DNA of 64,000 bases from Bacteroidota bacterium (GTDB lineage: Bacteria > Bacteroidota > Ignavibacteria > Ignavibacteriales > SURF-24). Positions within the stretch are counted from its first letter, which is position 1, and each line of letters begins with the position of its first letter. This document shows, one piece after another, positions 26,577 through 36,807 of this stretch. The position numbers were made by a program, and so were the translations under genes. The stretch spans positions 2,781 to 66,780 of the forward strand of contig JAUZPB010000009.1 in the NCBI GenBank assembly GCA_030706145.1, written 5' to 3'. The notes under the pieces are model-generated. The model saw only the letters and a program-made list of their open reading frames with translations, was not told the DNA's origin and did not search any database.

Positions 26577-28139
26577 TCATAATGGAATGTTACAATGCTT
26601 CTTAGGAGGATTAGAATCAACTTTTGTTTTTAGCAGTTGAAAAGCATTTATCAATTTAATTTTTGTTTCCGAAGGTGTTATTATATCATCAATATACCCT
26701 CTTTCAGCCGCGCTATAAGGATTTGCAAATTTCTGTATATATTCAGATAGTTTTTGGGCTGTTTTTTCTTCTGGGTTTTCCGATTCGGATATTTCCTTCT
26801 TAAATATTATTTCAACAGCACCCTTTGGTCCCATTACTGCAATTTCAGCTGAAGGCCAGGCGAAGTTAAAATCTCCCCTTATATGCTTAGAATTCATTAC
26901 ATCATAAGCGCCACCATATGCTTTTCTTGTAATGACAGTAACCTTGGGTACAGTAGCTTCACAAAAAGCAAACAATAACTTTGCTCCTTGTTTAATAATA
27001 CCATTCCATTCTTGTTCAGTGCCAGGCAAAAATCCTGGTACATCCTCCATTACAAGCAGTGGAATGTTAAATGCATCGCAGAACCTAACAAACCTTGCTC
27101 CCTTTACAGAAGCATTTATATCAAGGACGCCTGCAAGGACTGCTGGTTGATTAGCAACGATTCCAACAGATAATCCGCCAATTCTGCCAAAACCAACAAT
27201 TATGTTTTCTGCAAAATTCTTTTGTATTTCGAAGAAATCCTCGTTGTCAACTAAAAGGCGGATAATTTCTTTCATATCATATGGCCTATTAGGATTTTCC
27301 GGAACTAAATCGTTAAGCTGTTCTATTGTCAGATCTTTCTTTAAGTCAAAATTAAGTTCTGGAGCCATATCTTTATAATTCTGAGGAATGAAACTAAGAA
27401 GCTTTCTAATACCTTCAAAAATCTCAATTTCATTATCCATGGCAAAATGAGCTACTCCGCTCTTTGAAGCATGCGTTTCGGCTCCTCCAAGGTCTTCAAA
27501 ACTGACTTCTTCATGAGTTACAGTTTTGACCACATTTGGGCCAGTTACGAACATGTGGCTACTATGCTTCACCATAAAGATAAAATCTGTAATAGCCGGA
27601 GAATAGACAGCACCGCCGGCGCAAGGGCCTAAAATTGCAGAAATTTGGGGGACAACGCCTGAGGCAAGCGTATTTTTAAGGAAAATCTCAGCATATCCAC
27701 CTAAGCTTACAACACCTTCTTGAATCCTTGCTCCACCTGAATCATTCAATCCTACGATAGGGATTCCCAATTTTAATGCCAAGTCCATAATCTTCACTAT
27801 CTTTTCAGCATGAGATTCGGAAAGTGACCCCCCAAAGACTGTAAAATCCTGGGAAAAAAGCGCAATTGGTCTTCCGTTTATTTTTGCAAAACCAGTTATA
27901 ACTCCATCGCCCAGGAATTGCTGTTTATCCAGGCCAAAATCTTTTGAGCGGTGTTTTACGAACATATCTATTTCTTCAAAGCTTCCCTCGTCAACCAGCA
28001 GCTCAATCCTTTCACGAGCAGTCAATTTCCCCTTTTCGTGCTGAATATCAATTTTATCCTGCCCGCCACCAAGTAAAGCTCCCCTTTTTAACTTATTTAG
28101 TTCCTCTATTTTTTTGTTCATTATGCCCTCTCTATTCAT
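26577..28139 (-). CDS. Acyl-CoA carboxylase carboxyltransferase subunit (propionyl-CoA carboxylase beta / methylmalonyl-CoA carboxyltransferase 12S type)
   Basis: 520 aa with [29 protein letters not shown], and a duplicated crotonase-like carboxyltransferase fold ([13 protein letters not shown]). Confidence 0.9.
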   Translation of the reverse strand: MNREGIMNKKIEELNKLKRGALLGGGQDKIDIQHEKGKLTARERIELLVDEGSFEEIDMFVKHRSKDFGLDKQQFLGDGVITGFAKINGRPIALFSQDFTVFGGSLSESHAEKIVKIMDLALKLGIPIVGLNDSGGARIQEGVVSLGGYAEIFLKNTLASGVVPQISAILGPCAGGAVYSPAITDFIFMVKHSSHMFVTGPNVVKTVTHEEVSFEDLGGAETHASKSGVAHFAMDNEIEIFEGIRKLLSFIPQNYKDMAPELNFDLKKDLTIEQLNDLVPENPNRPYDMKEIIRLLVDNEDFFEIQKNFAENIIVGFGRIGGLSVGIVANQPAVLAGVLDINASVKGARFVRFCDAFNIPLLVMEDVPGFLPGTEQEWNGIIKQGAKLLFAFCEATVPKVTVITRKAYGGAYDVMNSKHIRGDFNFAWPSAEIAVMGPKGAVEIIFKKEISESENPEEKTAQKLSEYIQKFANPYSAAERGYIDDIITPSETKIKLINAFQLLKTKVDSNPPKKHCNIPL

Positions 28140-28192
28140 TTAGCAGAGTTCTAAGCATTTTTAATTGTGTTTATAAATGAGCAACATAATTT

Positions 28193-28996
28193 TCATACTG
28201 TTAAAACAGATTTTACTATAGGCCCATATTCCTTAAATTTATTTTCTACTGAATTTTTAATTTCCTGAAAATAAGGTTCTTCCAATAAATGAAAATCCCT
28301 TTCTACAGGTAAATTTAACATGATCTGATCGATTATTTTTGCTGGTCTTGCACTAAGAAGAATAATTCTATCTGATAAAAAGAAAGCCTCATGAATGTTT
28401 GATGTTGAAAAAAGTATTGATATTCCAGTATTTTTCCTTACTTCTCTAAGTAGAGAGTAGATCTCATATCTTGTTTTTTCGTCCATATTTGAAAAAGGTT
28501 CATCAATAATCAGGAGTTTTGGTTTAGTTGCCAGTGCCCTTGCAAGTGATATCCTAAACCTGAAACCAAGGCTGCGATTATCTGGATAATGTTCTTCATA
28601 GCCACGCAGGCCAACAAGACTAAGAAGATTTTTAATTTGCATCTGTTTTTCTTCAGGATCTTTAACAGAAGACTTAAGAAAGCACTCAATGTTTTGTTTA
28701 ACATTGTACCATGGGTAAGAAGAAGGTGCTGAAGGGATAAATGAGAGAAAATAATCTGAAGAGGAATTCGATTTTTCAAAAGGAAATTCAATTTTACCAG
28801 AAGTAAGACTATCTATTCCGGCAATAATTTTCAGAAGAGTTGTCTTCCCGGCTGAGGCAGGGGCTAAAACAGTAACAAATTCATTTGCTTTTATTTCAAA
28901 GCTTAAATTTTCAAGAATTTGAAGTGAGTATCCAAGTCTGCCTTTGAATTCTTTTGTTAACTCACTAATTTTTACCAGATCTTGTGAATTTTGCAA
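28193..28996 (-). CDS. ABC transporter ATPase subunit (NitT/TauT-SsuB-like) with degenerate catalytic motifs
   Basis: 267 aa. Walker A reads APASAGKTT (canonical GPSGxGKS). The signature position reads RSLGF (canonical LSGGx). Walker B LLIIDEPF is intact. The H-loop position reads TSNIHEA (canonical THDxxEA). Confidence 0.78.
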   Translation of the reverse strand: MQNSQDLVKISELTKEFKGRLGYSLQILENLSFEIKANEFVTVLAPASAGKTTLLKIIAGIDSLTSGKIEFPFEKSNSSSDYFLSFIPSAPSSYPWYNVKQNIECFLKSSVKDPEEKQMQIKNLLSLVGLRGYEEHYPDNRSLGFRFRISLARALATKPKLLIIDEPFSNMDEKTRYEIYSLLREVRKNTGISILFSTSNIHEAFFLSDRIILLSARPAKIIDQIMLNLPVERDFHLLEEPYFQEIKNSVENKFKEYGPIVKSVLTV

Positions 28997-28999
28997 TTT

Positions 29000-29773
29000 T
29001 TATGGCTCCCAATGAATAAGCATTTTTTGAATGAGCTTTAATAAAAGGTCTCCCAAAATGATAATGATAGCCGTGGCAATAGAAAGAGCAAAAAGACCAG
29101 ATAGATCTCTGAACTCGTAACACTGCCTAAAAATCAAACCTATTCCAAATCTATTTCTAAAAGCTTCAAACAAGGGAATCAGCGCCCAAAGAATAAAGTT
29201 TAATTTAGATAAGTATTGAATAACTGAAGGTAAAGCACTTTTCCAGGTTATTTCTTGCAAAATGTTTTTCTCTTTCGATCTTATTGATATAGCCGCTTCA
29301 ATATATTCATCCTTTATACAATAGGCCGCGTCGAGAAACTTAAATAAAATGAGTATGAAGGCAATTAAAACAGAAATTAACAATTCAGCAAATACAGCTG
29401 AAGGTACCCAAAGGAAAGCAATTGCAGAAAATCCTATTATTGGTAAATACTTAAAAATCCTTAGTAACTCTTTTGCAATAATATTCCTATTTAGCTTCAA
29501 TAGGAACCTTGAGCTGAAATATAGCATGAAGTAACTAATGGCTAAAGAAAAATAAATCAGAGATGATGTAAAAAGTAAATTTTCAAATAAATGGTAGTGG
29601 TTAATTAGTGAAAAAAATGATTCAATCATAATTGAAGGTCGCGGCATTATTGAATCAGCGCGCAGAAGAAATTCGAAAAGCATCGAATAGATGAAAATGA
29701 TAAGCAGAATAAAGTAGAACAACTTTATTCTGCCATGATCTTTTAATTTTCCTAAATTATAGTTTGCTGGCAT
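29000..29773 (-). CDS. ABC importer permease (binding-protein-dependent inner-membrane component, SsuC-like)
   Basis: 257 aa with 6 predicted TM helices and an EAA-loop-like segment (EAAISIRSKEKNILQEITWKSALP). 3-nt gap to the ATPase gene. Confidence 0.72.
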   Translation of the reverse strand: MPANYNLGKLKDHGRIKLFYFILLIIFIYSMLFEFLLRADSIMPRPSIMIESFFSLINHYHLFENLLFTSSLIYFSLAISYFMLYFSSRFLLKLNRNIIAKELLRIFKYLPIIGFSAIAFLWVPSAVFAELLISVLIAFILILFKFLDAAYCIKDEYIEAAISIRSKEKNILQEITWKSALPSVIQYLSKLNFILWALIPLFEAFRNRFGIGLIFRQCYEFRDLSGLFALSIATAIIIILGDLLLKLIQKMLIHWEP

Positions 29774-29917
29774 GTCTTTAGTTCAGAATATTTTATTTTT
29801 GATTATATATATACAAATATTTAATATTCAGACAATAAAAATGAATATATTGAATTGCTTAACCGATGTCAAATTCAAATATATCTGCCAAAAGCAGCTT
29901 TTTTTAAAAAGGATGTT

Positions 29918-30556
29918 TTATAAAAAGGGATTATTCTCCTTTTCATGACCAATAGTGCTTTTATCTCCATGTCCAGGGAGTATTAAAACATCATCGGGTA
30001 AAGTTAACAATCTAGTCTCAATTGAATTAATAAGTTTGTCATAATCCCCATTCCAAAGGTCCGTTCTGCCGATGCTTTCTCTGAATAATGTGTCACCTGT
30101 AATACAAAATCCAGAGTCTTTGAAATAAAAGGAGAACCCTCCAGGAGAATGCCCTGGCGTAAAGAGTGGAATAAATTCGGTTCCTGCAAAATTTATTGGT
30201 GAATTATCTTTTAGGAACTGATCGGGTTGAGGAGATTTCTTCATCTCAAATCCCATGTTTTCAGCTTCAATTAGCATTAGATCAAATAAAAACATGTCCT
30301 CATTAGCAGCCAGGAACATAGGGTCAAACTTCGACTTGATAAATGCATTTCCAAGTATATGATCTATGTGGCAATGCGTGTTAAGAAGATATTTGACTAC
30401 AAGGCCCTTTTTATTTATAGCATCTGCTAGTTTATCTTCCTCGATGCTAATTGAGCAGCCCGGATCGACCACAATAGCTTCATTTGTCTGATCATCCCAG
30501 ATGAGGTAAGTATTTTCACCGAACATATTAAAAACGAATCTTTCCAATTTTATCAT
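29918..30556 (-). CDS. MBL-fold metallo-hydrolase (glyoxalase II-like)
   Basis: 212 aa with the HCHIDH metal motif, TPGHSPGG, and GDTLF...GRTDL. Confidence 0.85.
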   Translation of the reverse strand: MIKLERFVFNMFGENTYLIWDDQTNEAIVVDPGCSISIEEDKLADAINKKGLVVKYLLNTHCHIDHILGNAFIKSKFDPMFLAANEDMFLFDLMLIEAENMGFEMKKSPQPDQFLKDNSPINFAGTEFIPLFTPGHSPGGFSFYFKDSGFCITGDTLFRESIGRTDLWNGDYDKLINSIETRLLTLPDDVLILPGHGDKSTIGHEKENNPFL

Positions 30557-30578
30557 TGTTGCAATCCCCTCTGCCTTC

Positions 30579-31805
30579 CTATTGTTTTATAGCTGCATTA
30601 AAATTATTTTCAACCCTGCCAAAAAGGCTATTACAATATGTTGTGTAATTGTTCTTTGTTTCCTCAAGTGAATCTCCTCCAAATTTTTCTAAAAGAAATT
30701 CAGCAATTGTCCAGGCCATCATTGATTCTGCAATAACCGCACAAGCCGGGACGGCAACAAAGTCACTTCTTTCCCGCCTTGAGATTATGCTTTCCATTGT
30801 TTTAAGGTCAATGCTTTCAATTGGGGACATCAGAGTTGCAATTGGTTTCATAGCGGCGCGAAGTATGATTGGCAAGCCAGTTGAAATACCGCCTTCAATA
30901 CCTCCTGCTCTATTAGTTTTTCTTGATAAAGTATTACCTGATCTAATGATCTCATCATGAGATTCAGAGCCAAAAACATCAGCGCTAAAAAATCCAGATC
31001 CAATTTCGACTGCCTTTACAGCATTAATAGACATGATAGATTTAGATAACTCGGCATTAAGTTTTCTGTCGTAGTGCATAAAGCTACCAAGACCGGCAGG
31101 AACACCCGAAGCGACAACAAAAAAAGTTCCGCCTAAGGTATCCCCATTTTTTTTTGCAAGCTGTATTTTTTTTATAATTTCATCTTCCTGATCTTTATCG
31201 AAAACTCTCACCTCGCTTTTGTCAGCGTCCTGAGATAAGGTCCATGCATTAAAGTTTTCAAGATCAATTTCATTATTAAAAAGAGTTTCGGAATAAGGGA
31301 CTTTGGAATATATTCCTCCAATGCTCTCAACATAACTTCCAACAAAAATGTTGAACTGTTCAAGGAAACTACGTGCAACCGAGCAGGCAGCAACGCGGGC
31401 GGCTGTTTCTCTTGCACTAGAGCGGTCGATTGAATTTCTTATATCATCATAATTGTATTTTGTTACGCCAACCAGGTCTGCATGTCCTGGACGAGGTACA
31501 GTTATTTTTTCAACCTCTGAGTTCTTTTTCCCCGAGGTCATTATTTCTGTCCAATTCTCCCAGTCTTTGTTTTTTATTAGCAAAGAGATGGGTGAGCCAA
31601 GGGTCTTTTCAAATCTAATACCTGAGAGAGCCTCTGCCGTATCTGTTTCAATTTTCATTCTATGTCCACGGCCATAGCCCATTTGTCTTCTTTTCAGGTG
31701 GAAGTTAATATATTCTTCGGTTAAAGGTACATTGGAAGGGAATCCTTCAATAATTGTCGTTAGTGCTTTTCCATGAGACTCGCCAGCTGTAAGAAATCTA
31801 ATCAT
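30579..31805 (-). CDS. aroC: Chorismate synthase
   Basis: 408 aa with N-terminal FLTAGESHGKAL, GYGRGHRMKIE, RPGHADL and RSSARETAARVA. Confidence 0.95.
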   Translation of the reverse strand: MIRFLTAGESHGKALTTIIEGFPSNVPLTEEYINFHLKRRQMGYGRGHRMKIETDTAEALSGIRFEKTLGSPISLLIKNKDWENWTEIMTSGKKNSEVEKITVPRPGHADLVGVTKYNYDDIRNSIDRSSARETAARVAACSVARSFLEQFNIFVGSYVESIGGIYSKVPYSETLFNNEIDLENFNAWTLSQDADKSEVRVFDKDQEDEIIKKIQLAKKNGDTLGGTFFVVASGVPAGLGSFMHYDRKLNAELSKSIMSINAVKAVEIGSGFFSADVFGSESHDEIIRSGNTLSRKTNRAGGIEGGISTGLPIILRAAMKPIATLMSPIESIDLKTMESIISRRERSDFVAVPACAVIAESMMAWTIAEFLLEKFGGDSLEETKNNYTTYCNSLFGRVENNFNAAIKQ

Positions 31806-31841
31806 TAGTTACCCTTAAAAAATTGGAGATAATGCAAATAT

Positions 31842-31867
31842 AAAAAAAAGCGCCCTAATTCGGGCGC
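31842..31867 (-). terminator. Rho-independent terminator after htrA/degP
   Basis: The minus-strand RNA GCGCCC-GAAUUA-GGGCGC is followed by U8, about 35 nt after the stop. Confidence 0.8.
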
Positions 31868-31902
31868 CTTTCTTTTATAATCTACTTAATATTGGAATAT
31901 TT

Positions 31903-33402
31903 TTATTTAGGAATTGACAGGCCAACAAATCTAGTAGTTCCGTTATTATCCATTACAATCCTAAGGAGTATAGATTTACCTTTATTGTTTTTGACATAGT
32001 TGTCAAAGTCATCGACAGAGTTAATTTTCTTTTTACCTACTTCGGTAATAATGTTCCCAGTTCTGATGCCCTGATCGAAAGCTCTGCTAAGGGTTTTAAC
32101 GTCAGAGACCATGACACCATCGTCAACTTTATAGGCTTCTTTTTCCTCATCTGTCAATTCTTTAACTGTAAGTCCTAAATTGTCATAAGTCAAAGTATTT
32201 GTTGAACGTTTTTTTGATTTATTGCTTTTATCGGCAGATTCAGAAACAGGTTCAACATTTGCCTTTGTGTCCATAGATTTAAGTGTAACAGATCTATTGA
32301 TTTCTTTTCCATCTCTCCAAAGCGTAAGATTAACTTTTTCGCCAGCATTTTTAGAAGCCACATAACTCTGAAGTTCTCCAGGATGGTTTACTTCCCTTCC
32401 GTCGATCTTAAGAATTACATCACCTTCTTTTACATCAGACTTTTCAGCCGCACCACCTTTGGTCAGTCCCTGAACAATAATTCCTCTTGCTTTATCAAGG
32501 CCCATAGCCTGAGCAGTTGAAGCATCTATTTCGTTTATCTGGACGCCAATAAATCCTCTATTAACTTTTCCAGAAGCGATAAGTTGTTTTGAGACATTTT
32601 TTGCCATATTAATTGGAATTGCGAACCCGTAACCAATATAGCTTCCTGTCATACCAGTAGCAATTGCTGTATTTACACCAATTACTGCACCGGATAGGTC
32701 AACTAATGCCCCGCCACTATTTCCAGGATTAATAACTGCATCAGTTTGAATAAAGTCTTCAATACCAGCGCCGCCTTTATCGCGGAGTATATCGATCTGA
32801 CGCCCTTTTGCACTTACAATACCTGCAGTTACAGTTGAGGCTAAAGACAAAGGATTACCAATGGCCATTACCCATTGTCCTACTTGCAATTTATCAGAGT
32901 CTCCAAGGTATGCAGCAGGAAGTCCGGAAGCCTCAATCTTTACAACAGCAAGATCTGTCTGAGGATCTGTTCCAACGACCTTAGCATCAAAGATCCTACG
33001 ATCATAAAGTTTTACTTCAACTGTAGAAGCATTTTCTACAACATGGTTATTAGTTAATATATATCCATCATCGGAGATAATTACTCCGCTACCTGATCCC
33101 ATTTGTTCTTTTGGAGTATCATCTTTAAATGGGAAAAAGAAAGGCAGGTCTTCGTGAGGATCTTTCTTTGCTTCAGATTTAACAGTAATCTGTACAACCG
33201 ATGGGGTTACTTTTTGCGCAACTTCAACAAAAGCTTTGCTAAAGGCATTAACATCAACATCTGTAATAGGAGGTGTTTTTGCCCCAATCATTACATCAGC
33301 CAGACTCGGTCTCACCCAGCCGAATCCGGATACTAATACCGCGCCAAAAACAATTCCAATTACAATCAAAGCGATTGTACCAAATAAGTTTTTGTTCTTC
33401 AT
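31903..33402 (-). CDS. htrA: Periplasmic serine endoprotease DegP/HtrA (Do family, two PDZ domains)
   Basis: 499 aa with an N-terminal TM/signal, the catalytic triad context (TNNHVV, DLAVVK, GNSGGALV), and two PDZ-like regions. Confidence 0.92.
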   Translation of the reverse strand: MKNKNLFGTIALIVIGIVFGAVLVSGFGWVRPSLADVMIGAKTPPITDVDVNAFSKAFVEVAQKVTPSVVQITVKSEAKKDPHEDLPFFFPFKDDTPKEQMGSGSGVIISDDGYILTNNHVVENASTVEVKLYDRRIFDAKVVGTDPQTDLAVVKIEASGLPAAYLGDSDKLQVGQWVMAIGNPLSLASTVTAGIVSAKGRQIDILRDKGGAGIEDFIQTDAVINPGNSGGALVDLSGAVIGVNTAIATGMTGSYIGYGFAIPINMAKNVSKQLIASGKVNRGFIGVQINEIDASTAQAMGLDKARGIIVQGLTKGGAAEKSDVKEGDVILKIDGREVNHPGELQSYVASKNAGEKVNLTLWRDGKEINRSVTLKSMDTKANVEPVSESADKSNKSKKRSTNTLTYDNLGLTVKELTDEEKEAYKVDDGVMVSDVKTLSRAFDQGIRTGNIITEVGKKKINSVDDFDNYVKNNKGKSILLRIVMDNNGTTRFVGLSIPK

Positions 33403-33455
33403 TGTTTAATTCCTCCAGGCTTTATTTCTGCTTTTAGTATTCAAAATAATTTTTA

Positions 33456-34193
33456 CTAATACAAGTGAATAGATCTTATACCCTTGAAATCAGCCACGTG
33501 ATATTTAATATACTGTTCAAGGAAAAATAGTATATTGTCGACCTCTCTTTTGTCTTGTATTGTAACGTTTTTGTTATTTCTTAGACCAATCATTAAGTTA
33601 AAAAGTTCCTTTGGAAAGATACTACTTTGTAAAGAATTTTTGCTGCAATCATCACAGATTATTCCCCTGTCAAAAGTATATAAAGGAAGTCTTCCTGTAG
33701 GAAGAGGATTATTGCAAACAGAGCAATGATCAAGCCTTATCTCGTATCCAATCTCTTTCAGCAAAAAGAGAATAAACTTAACTAATAATACCCCCGGTTC
33801 TTCATCTGATGTATTAAACAGCTCAAGGATTCTAACGACACCCTTGAAGAGCCTGGGGTTCACATCTTCTTCAACCGTTAAAGCCTGAATAAGTTCCAAA
33901 ACGGCTGTAGCATATTTTAATTTTTGAAGGTCAGTTTTTATTTCAGGGAAATAAGAAGTGAGTTCAACCTGGGTTACAAGTTGCAGATCGCGATTATTCC
34001 TTTTATAGACAACTAATTGCAGGTAATTAAACAGATCAATTTTTACTCCGACTGGAGATTTTTTGGATCTTGCTCCCTTTATTATGGCAGAAAGTTTTCC
34101 ATGATCTTTTGTATAAAAGGTTGCAATCTTACTCGATTCGCGGTAGTCCATTTTACTTAGGACTATGGCTTCGGTTTTAATTATCTCAGACAT
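33456..34193 (-). CDS. recO: DNA repair protein RecO
   Basis: About 245 aa with an OB-fold N-terminus (EAIVLSKMDYRESSKI) and a Zn motif (CSVCNN...CDDC). The start is placed at the ATG at 34193, which gives the overlap ATGTCTGA with the mtnA stop. The ORF track starts 12 nt earlier. Confidence 0.85.
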   Translation of the reverse strand: MSEIIKTEAIVLSKMDYRESSKIATFYTKDHGKLSAIIKGARSKKSPVGVKIDLFNYLQLVVYKRNNRDLQLVTQVELTSYFPEIKTDLQKLKYATAVLELIQALTVEEDVNPRLFKGVVRILELFNTSDEEPGVLLVKFILFLLKEIGYEIRLDHCSVCNNPLPTGRLPLYTFDRGIICDDCSKNSLQSSIFPKELFNLMIGLRNNKNVTIQDKREVDNILFFLEQYIKYHVADFKGIRSIHLY

Positions 34194-35208
34194 TTGAAAA
34201 ATCAAATGAAGGTTTAAATAATCCTATTTCAGTAATGATACCAGAGATTAGTTCAGCTGGAGTAACATCAAATGCAGGAGAATAGACCTCATAAGAATTT
34301 TTTGTAATTGCAGTACCATTAAATTGTATAACTTCATTTTTATCCCGAAACTCGATCTTAATTGATTTCCCGCTTAAGCAGTTTTTATCGATTGTTGATG
34401 TAGGAGCAGCAATATAAAAAGGAATATTATGATATTTACAAAGAACGGCCAGGTTGTAAGTTCCTATCTTATTAGCCGTATCCCCATTTACAGCAATTCT
34501 ATCTGCTCCTGTTACAACAAGGTCAATTTTCTTTTGCTGCATTAAGAACCCTGACATTGAATCTGTATTTATTGCAAATGGGATATTGGCCTTCTCGAGT
34601 TCAAAAGCTGTAAGTCTGGATCCCTGGAACAAAGGGCGGGTTTCATCAGCAAAGACATATTCAACAAAACCATGCTCATATGCTTGTTTTATTACACTTA
34701 AAGCTGTTCCCGATCCTCCTGTTGCAAGTTGTCCTGCATTACAATGTGTCAATACAACGGATCTTTTATTAAAGATACTGAGTCCATGCCTGCCAATTTC
34801 TTTGCACTTATTAATGTCATCAAGATGTATTTCTTTAGCCCTTTGCAAAAGGACCAGATAAATGTTATCGGGTTTAGAACAAGAACTAAGAAAAGCCGAC
34901 CTCATTTGTTCCAAAGCCCAAAACAGGTTAACAGCTGTTGGTCTTGTACTATGGAGTCTTTGATAAGCTTTTTCAAAGATCGGAGTAAAATTATCTTTTA
35001 CATTCTTCATTGATAAAGCAAGTGCATAAGCTGCAGCAATACCAATTGCAGGAGCTCCACGGATCTCAAGTTTTTCAATAGCCTCTGCTATTCTTTCATA
35101 ATTATCGGTTGAAATATATTCTTCGACCAGGGGGAGTTTTACCTGGTCGATAAATATTAATTGATCTTTATAAAAGTCAATGGTTTTAAAATCAGTCTTC
35201 ATCATCAA
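34186..35208 (-). CDS. mtnA: S-methyl-5-thioribose-1-phosphate isomerase (eIF-2B alpha/beta/delta-related)
   Basis: 340 aa with LEIRGAPAIGIAAAY, TRPTAVNLFWAL, HCNAG and GADRIAVNGDTANKIGTY. Confidence 0.88.
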   Translation of the reverse strand: MMMKTDFKTIDFYKDQLIFIDQVKLPLVEEYISTDNYERIAEAIEKLEIRGAPAIGIAAAYALALSMKNVKDNFTPIFEKAYQRLHSTRPTAVNLFWALEQMRSAFLSSCSKPDNIYLVLLQRAKEIHLDDINKCKEIGRHGLSIFNKRSVVLTHCNAGQLATGGSGTALSVIKQAYEHGFVEYVFADETRPLFQGSRLTAFELEKANIPFAINTDSMSGFLMQQKKIDLVVTGADRIAVNGDTANKIGTYNLAVLCKYHNIPFYIAAPTSTIDKNCLSGKSIKIEFRDKNEVIQFNGTAITKNSYEVYSPAFDVTPAELISGIITEIGLFKPSFDFSNV

Positions 35209-36109
35209 ATTTAGATAGTTTTAAGAATTCTCTGAATCTATCATGTACCTGCAAATAGGTGAGGTTTTCCAGACCTTTTGTGCTGAATTTTTCAACACAG
35301 AATGAGGCCATAGCACTTCCAAAAACTACAGCGCGTTTAAGGTTTTCTATGCTAATATCCTGGGTTTTATGAATATAACCAATAAAACCACCTGCGAAAG
35401 TATCTCCTGCACCAGTTGGGTCATAAATATTTTCCAAAGGATAAGCTGGAGCAGAGAAAACTATATTTTCCCCAAATAGCAGTGCCCCGTGTTCTCCTTT
35501 TTTTATGATAAGATATTTTGGACCCAGAGCTCTAATTAGTCTTGCAGCTCTAATTAGATTAGGTTCGTTGGCTAAGAGCCTTGCCTCAGAGTCATTTATT
35601 ATTAAAACAGTAACCTTTTTTAATACTTCAAGCAGCTCATTTTTCTTCCCTTCAATCCAGAAGTTCATTGTATCACAAACAACGAATTTAGGATTTTCCA
35701 TTTGTTCAAGAACTCTAAGCTGCAAAGTAGGATCAATGTTTCCTAAAAGCACAAAACGAGCCTTCTTATAATTATCTGGAATAATTGGATTAAAGGATTC
35801 AAAAACATTTAATTCAGTAATAAGAGTATCTCTGACATTAAGATCATAATGGTATTTACCGGACCAGCGGAAAGTCTTTGCTCCGTTAACTACCTGCAGA
35901 CCTTCAATATCTACATGATGATCTTCAAGCAGAGCTATATGCTCTTTACCGAAGTCCTCACCAACTACGCCAACCATATAGACTGGTCCGCTAAAATAAC
36001 TTGCCGCCAGAGAAACATATACTGCAGATCCACCCAGGGCATTGTCAATCCTGTCAAATGGTGTTTCGACAGTGTCAAGAGCTATTGATCCTACTACTAA
36101 TAATCCCAC
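35192..36109 (-). CDS. PfkB-family carbohydrate/nucleoside kinase
   Basis: 305 aa with a GTG start after AGGGAG. N-terminal GG motif (DNALGGSAVY) and the C-terminal PfkB signature DPTGAGDTFAGGFIG. Overlaps the mtnA start by 17 nt. Confidence 0.85.
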   Translation of the reverse strand: MGLLVVGSIALDTVETPFDRIDNALGGSAVYVSLAASYFSGPVYMVGVVGEDFGKEHIALLEDHHVDIEGLQVVNGAKTFRWSGKYHYDLNVRDTLITELNVFESFNPIIPDNYKKARFVLLGNIDPTLQLRVLEQMENPKFVVCDTMNFWIEGKKNELLEVLKKVTVLIINDSEARLLANEPNLIRAARLIRALGPKYLIIKKGEHGALLFGENIVFSAPAYPLENIYDPTGAGDTFAGGFIGYIHKTQDISIENLKRAVVFGSAMASFCVEKFSTKGLENLTYLQVHDRFREFLKLSKFDDED

Positions 36110-36179
36110 GATAAACTCCCTATATAAAAGTTAAAAATTGAGTTCTAAAGATAAAAAATTATCTTAGCATTTGGTAAGC

Positions 36180-36208
36180 CAAAGTTAATGGATTTATTTT
36201 CAACACAA
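36180..36208 (-). promoter_or_regulatory. Candidate FCB-type promoter for the PfkB-mtnA-recO operon (TTG-N18-TAacTTTG)
   Basis: On the minus strand, TAACTTTG is at 36187-36180 and TTG at 36208-36206, about 70 nt upstream of the GTG start. Confidence 0.35.
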
Positions 36209-36224
36209 CCAGTATTTCTTTCTT

Positions 36225-36698
36225 TTATTTATTTATCTGGTCAAGTTTTATTTTACCTAGTTTAACTTCTTCAAAGTAAAATTGATTATTCTTTTCAGTA
36301 AAATATTGATGAATAATCTCGACAGAATTCCTTTGTCCCTGCCAGCCCAAATATTCAATTGCAGAATCTTTTTTTGCCCATTTAAAGTCAGAATGTTCAT
36401 CAGAAATTTTAACTGAAGAATTATTATCGACCAGGGCGACAAAGACAGGGACAATACAAATGTGATTTTTACGCCAGGAATAGAAAGAATTAACATAAGG
36501 GACGACCCACATTCTTTCGGGTTTCAGGCCTGTCTCTTCGATTATTTCCCTATAGGCTGTCACATAAGTTTTTTCATCCTGAACAATTGAACCTGTTACC
36601 ATTTGCCATATATTAGGATATAATTCAGACTTTGCCCGTTTTAACAATAAAAATTCGATCTCGTTCCCATTTTTTTTTACTATATGGGCCTCAACCAT
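36225..36698 (-). CDS. NUDIX hydrolase
   Basis: Nudix box GSIVQDEKTYVTAYREIIEETGL (G-x5-E-x7-REuxEExGu). The start is placed at MVEAHIVKK (36698). The 35-aa N-terminal extension in the ORF track looks non-coding. Confidence 0.78.
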   Translation of the reverse strand: MVEAHIVKKNGNEIEFLLLKRAKSELYPNIWQMVTGSIVQDEKTYVTAYREIIEETGLKPERMWVVPYVNSFYSWRKNHICIVPVFVALVDNNSSVKISDEHSDFKWAKKDSAIEYLGWQGQRNSVEIIHQYFTEKNNQFYFEEVKLGKIKLDQINK

Positions 36699-36807
36699 GT
36701 ATGAAAGTACTCGCAAAAATACTCCGCTAAATAATACAGATGTAATAGTACAAAATGCAGATTTCCGGAATAAATATCCAAAAAGTATTACCTTCTTCTG
36801 CATATTT

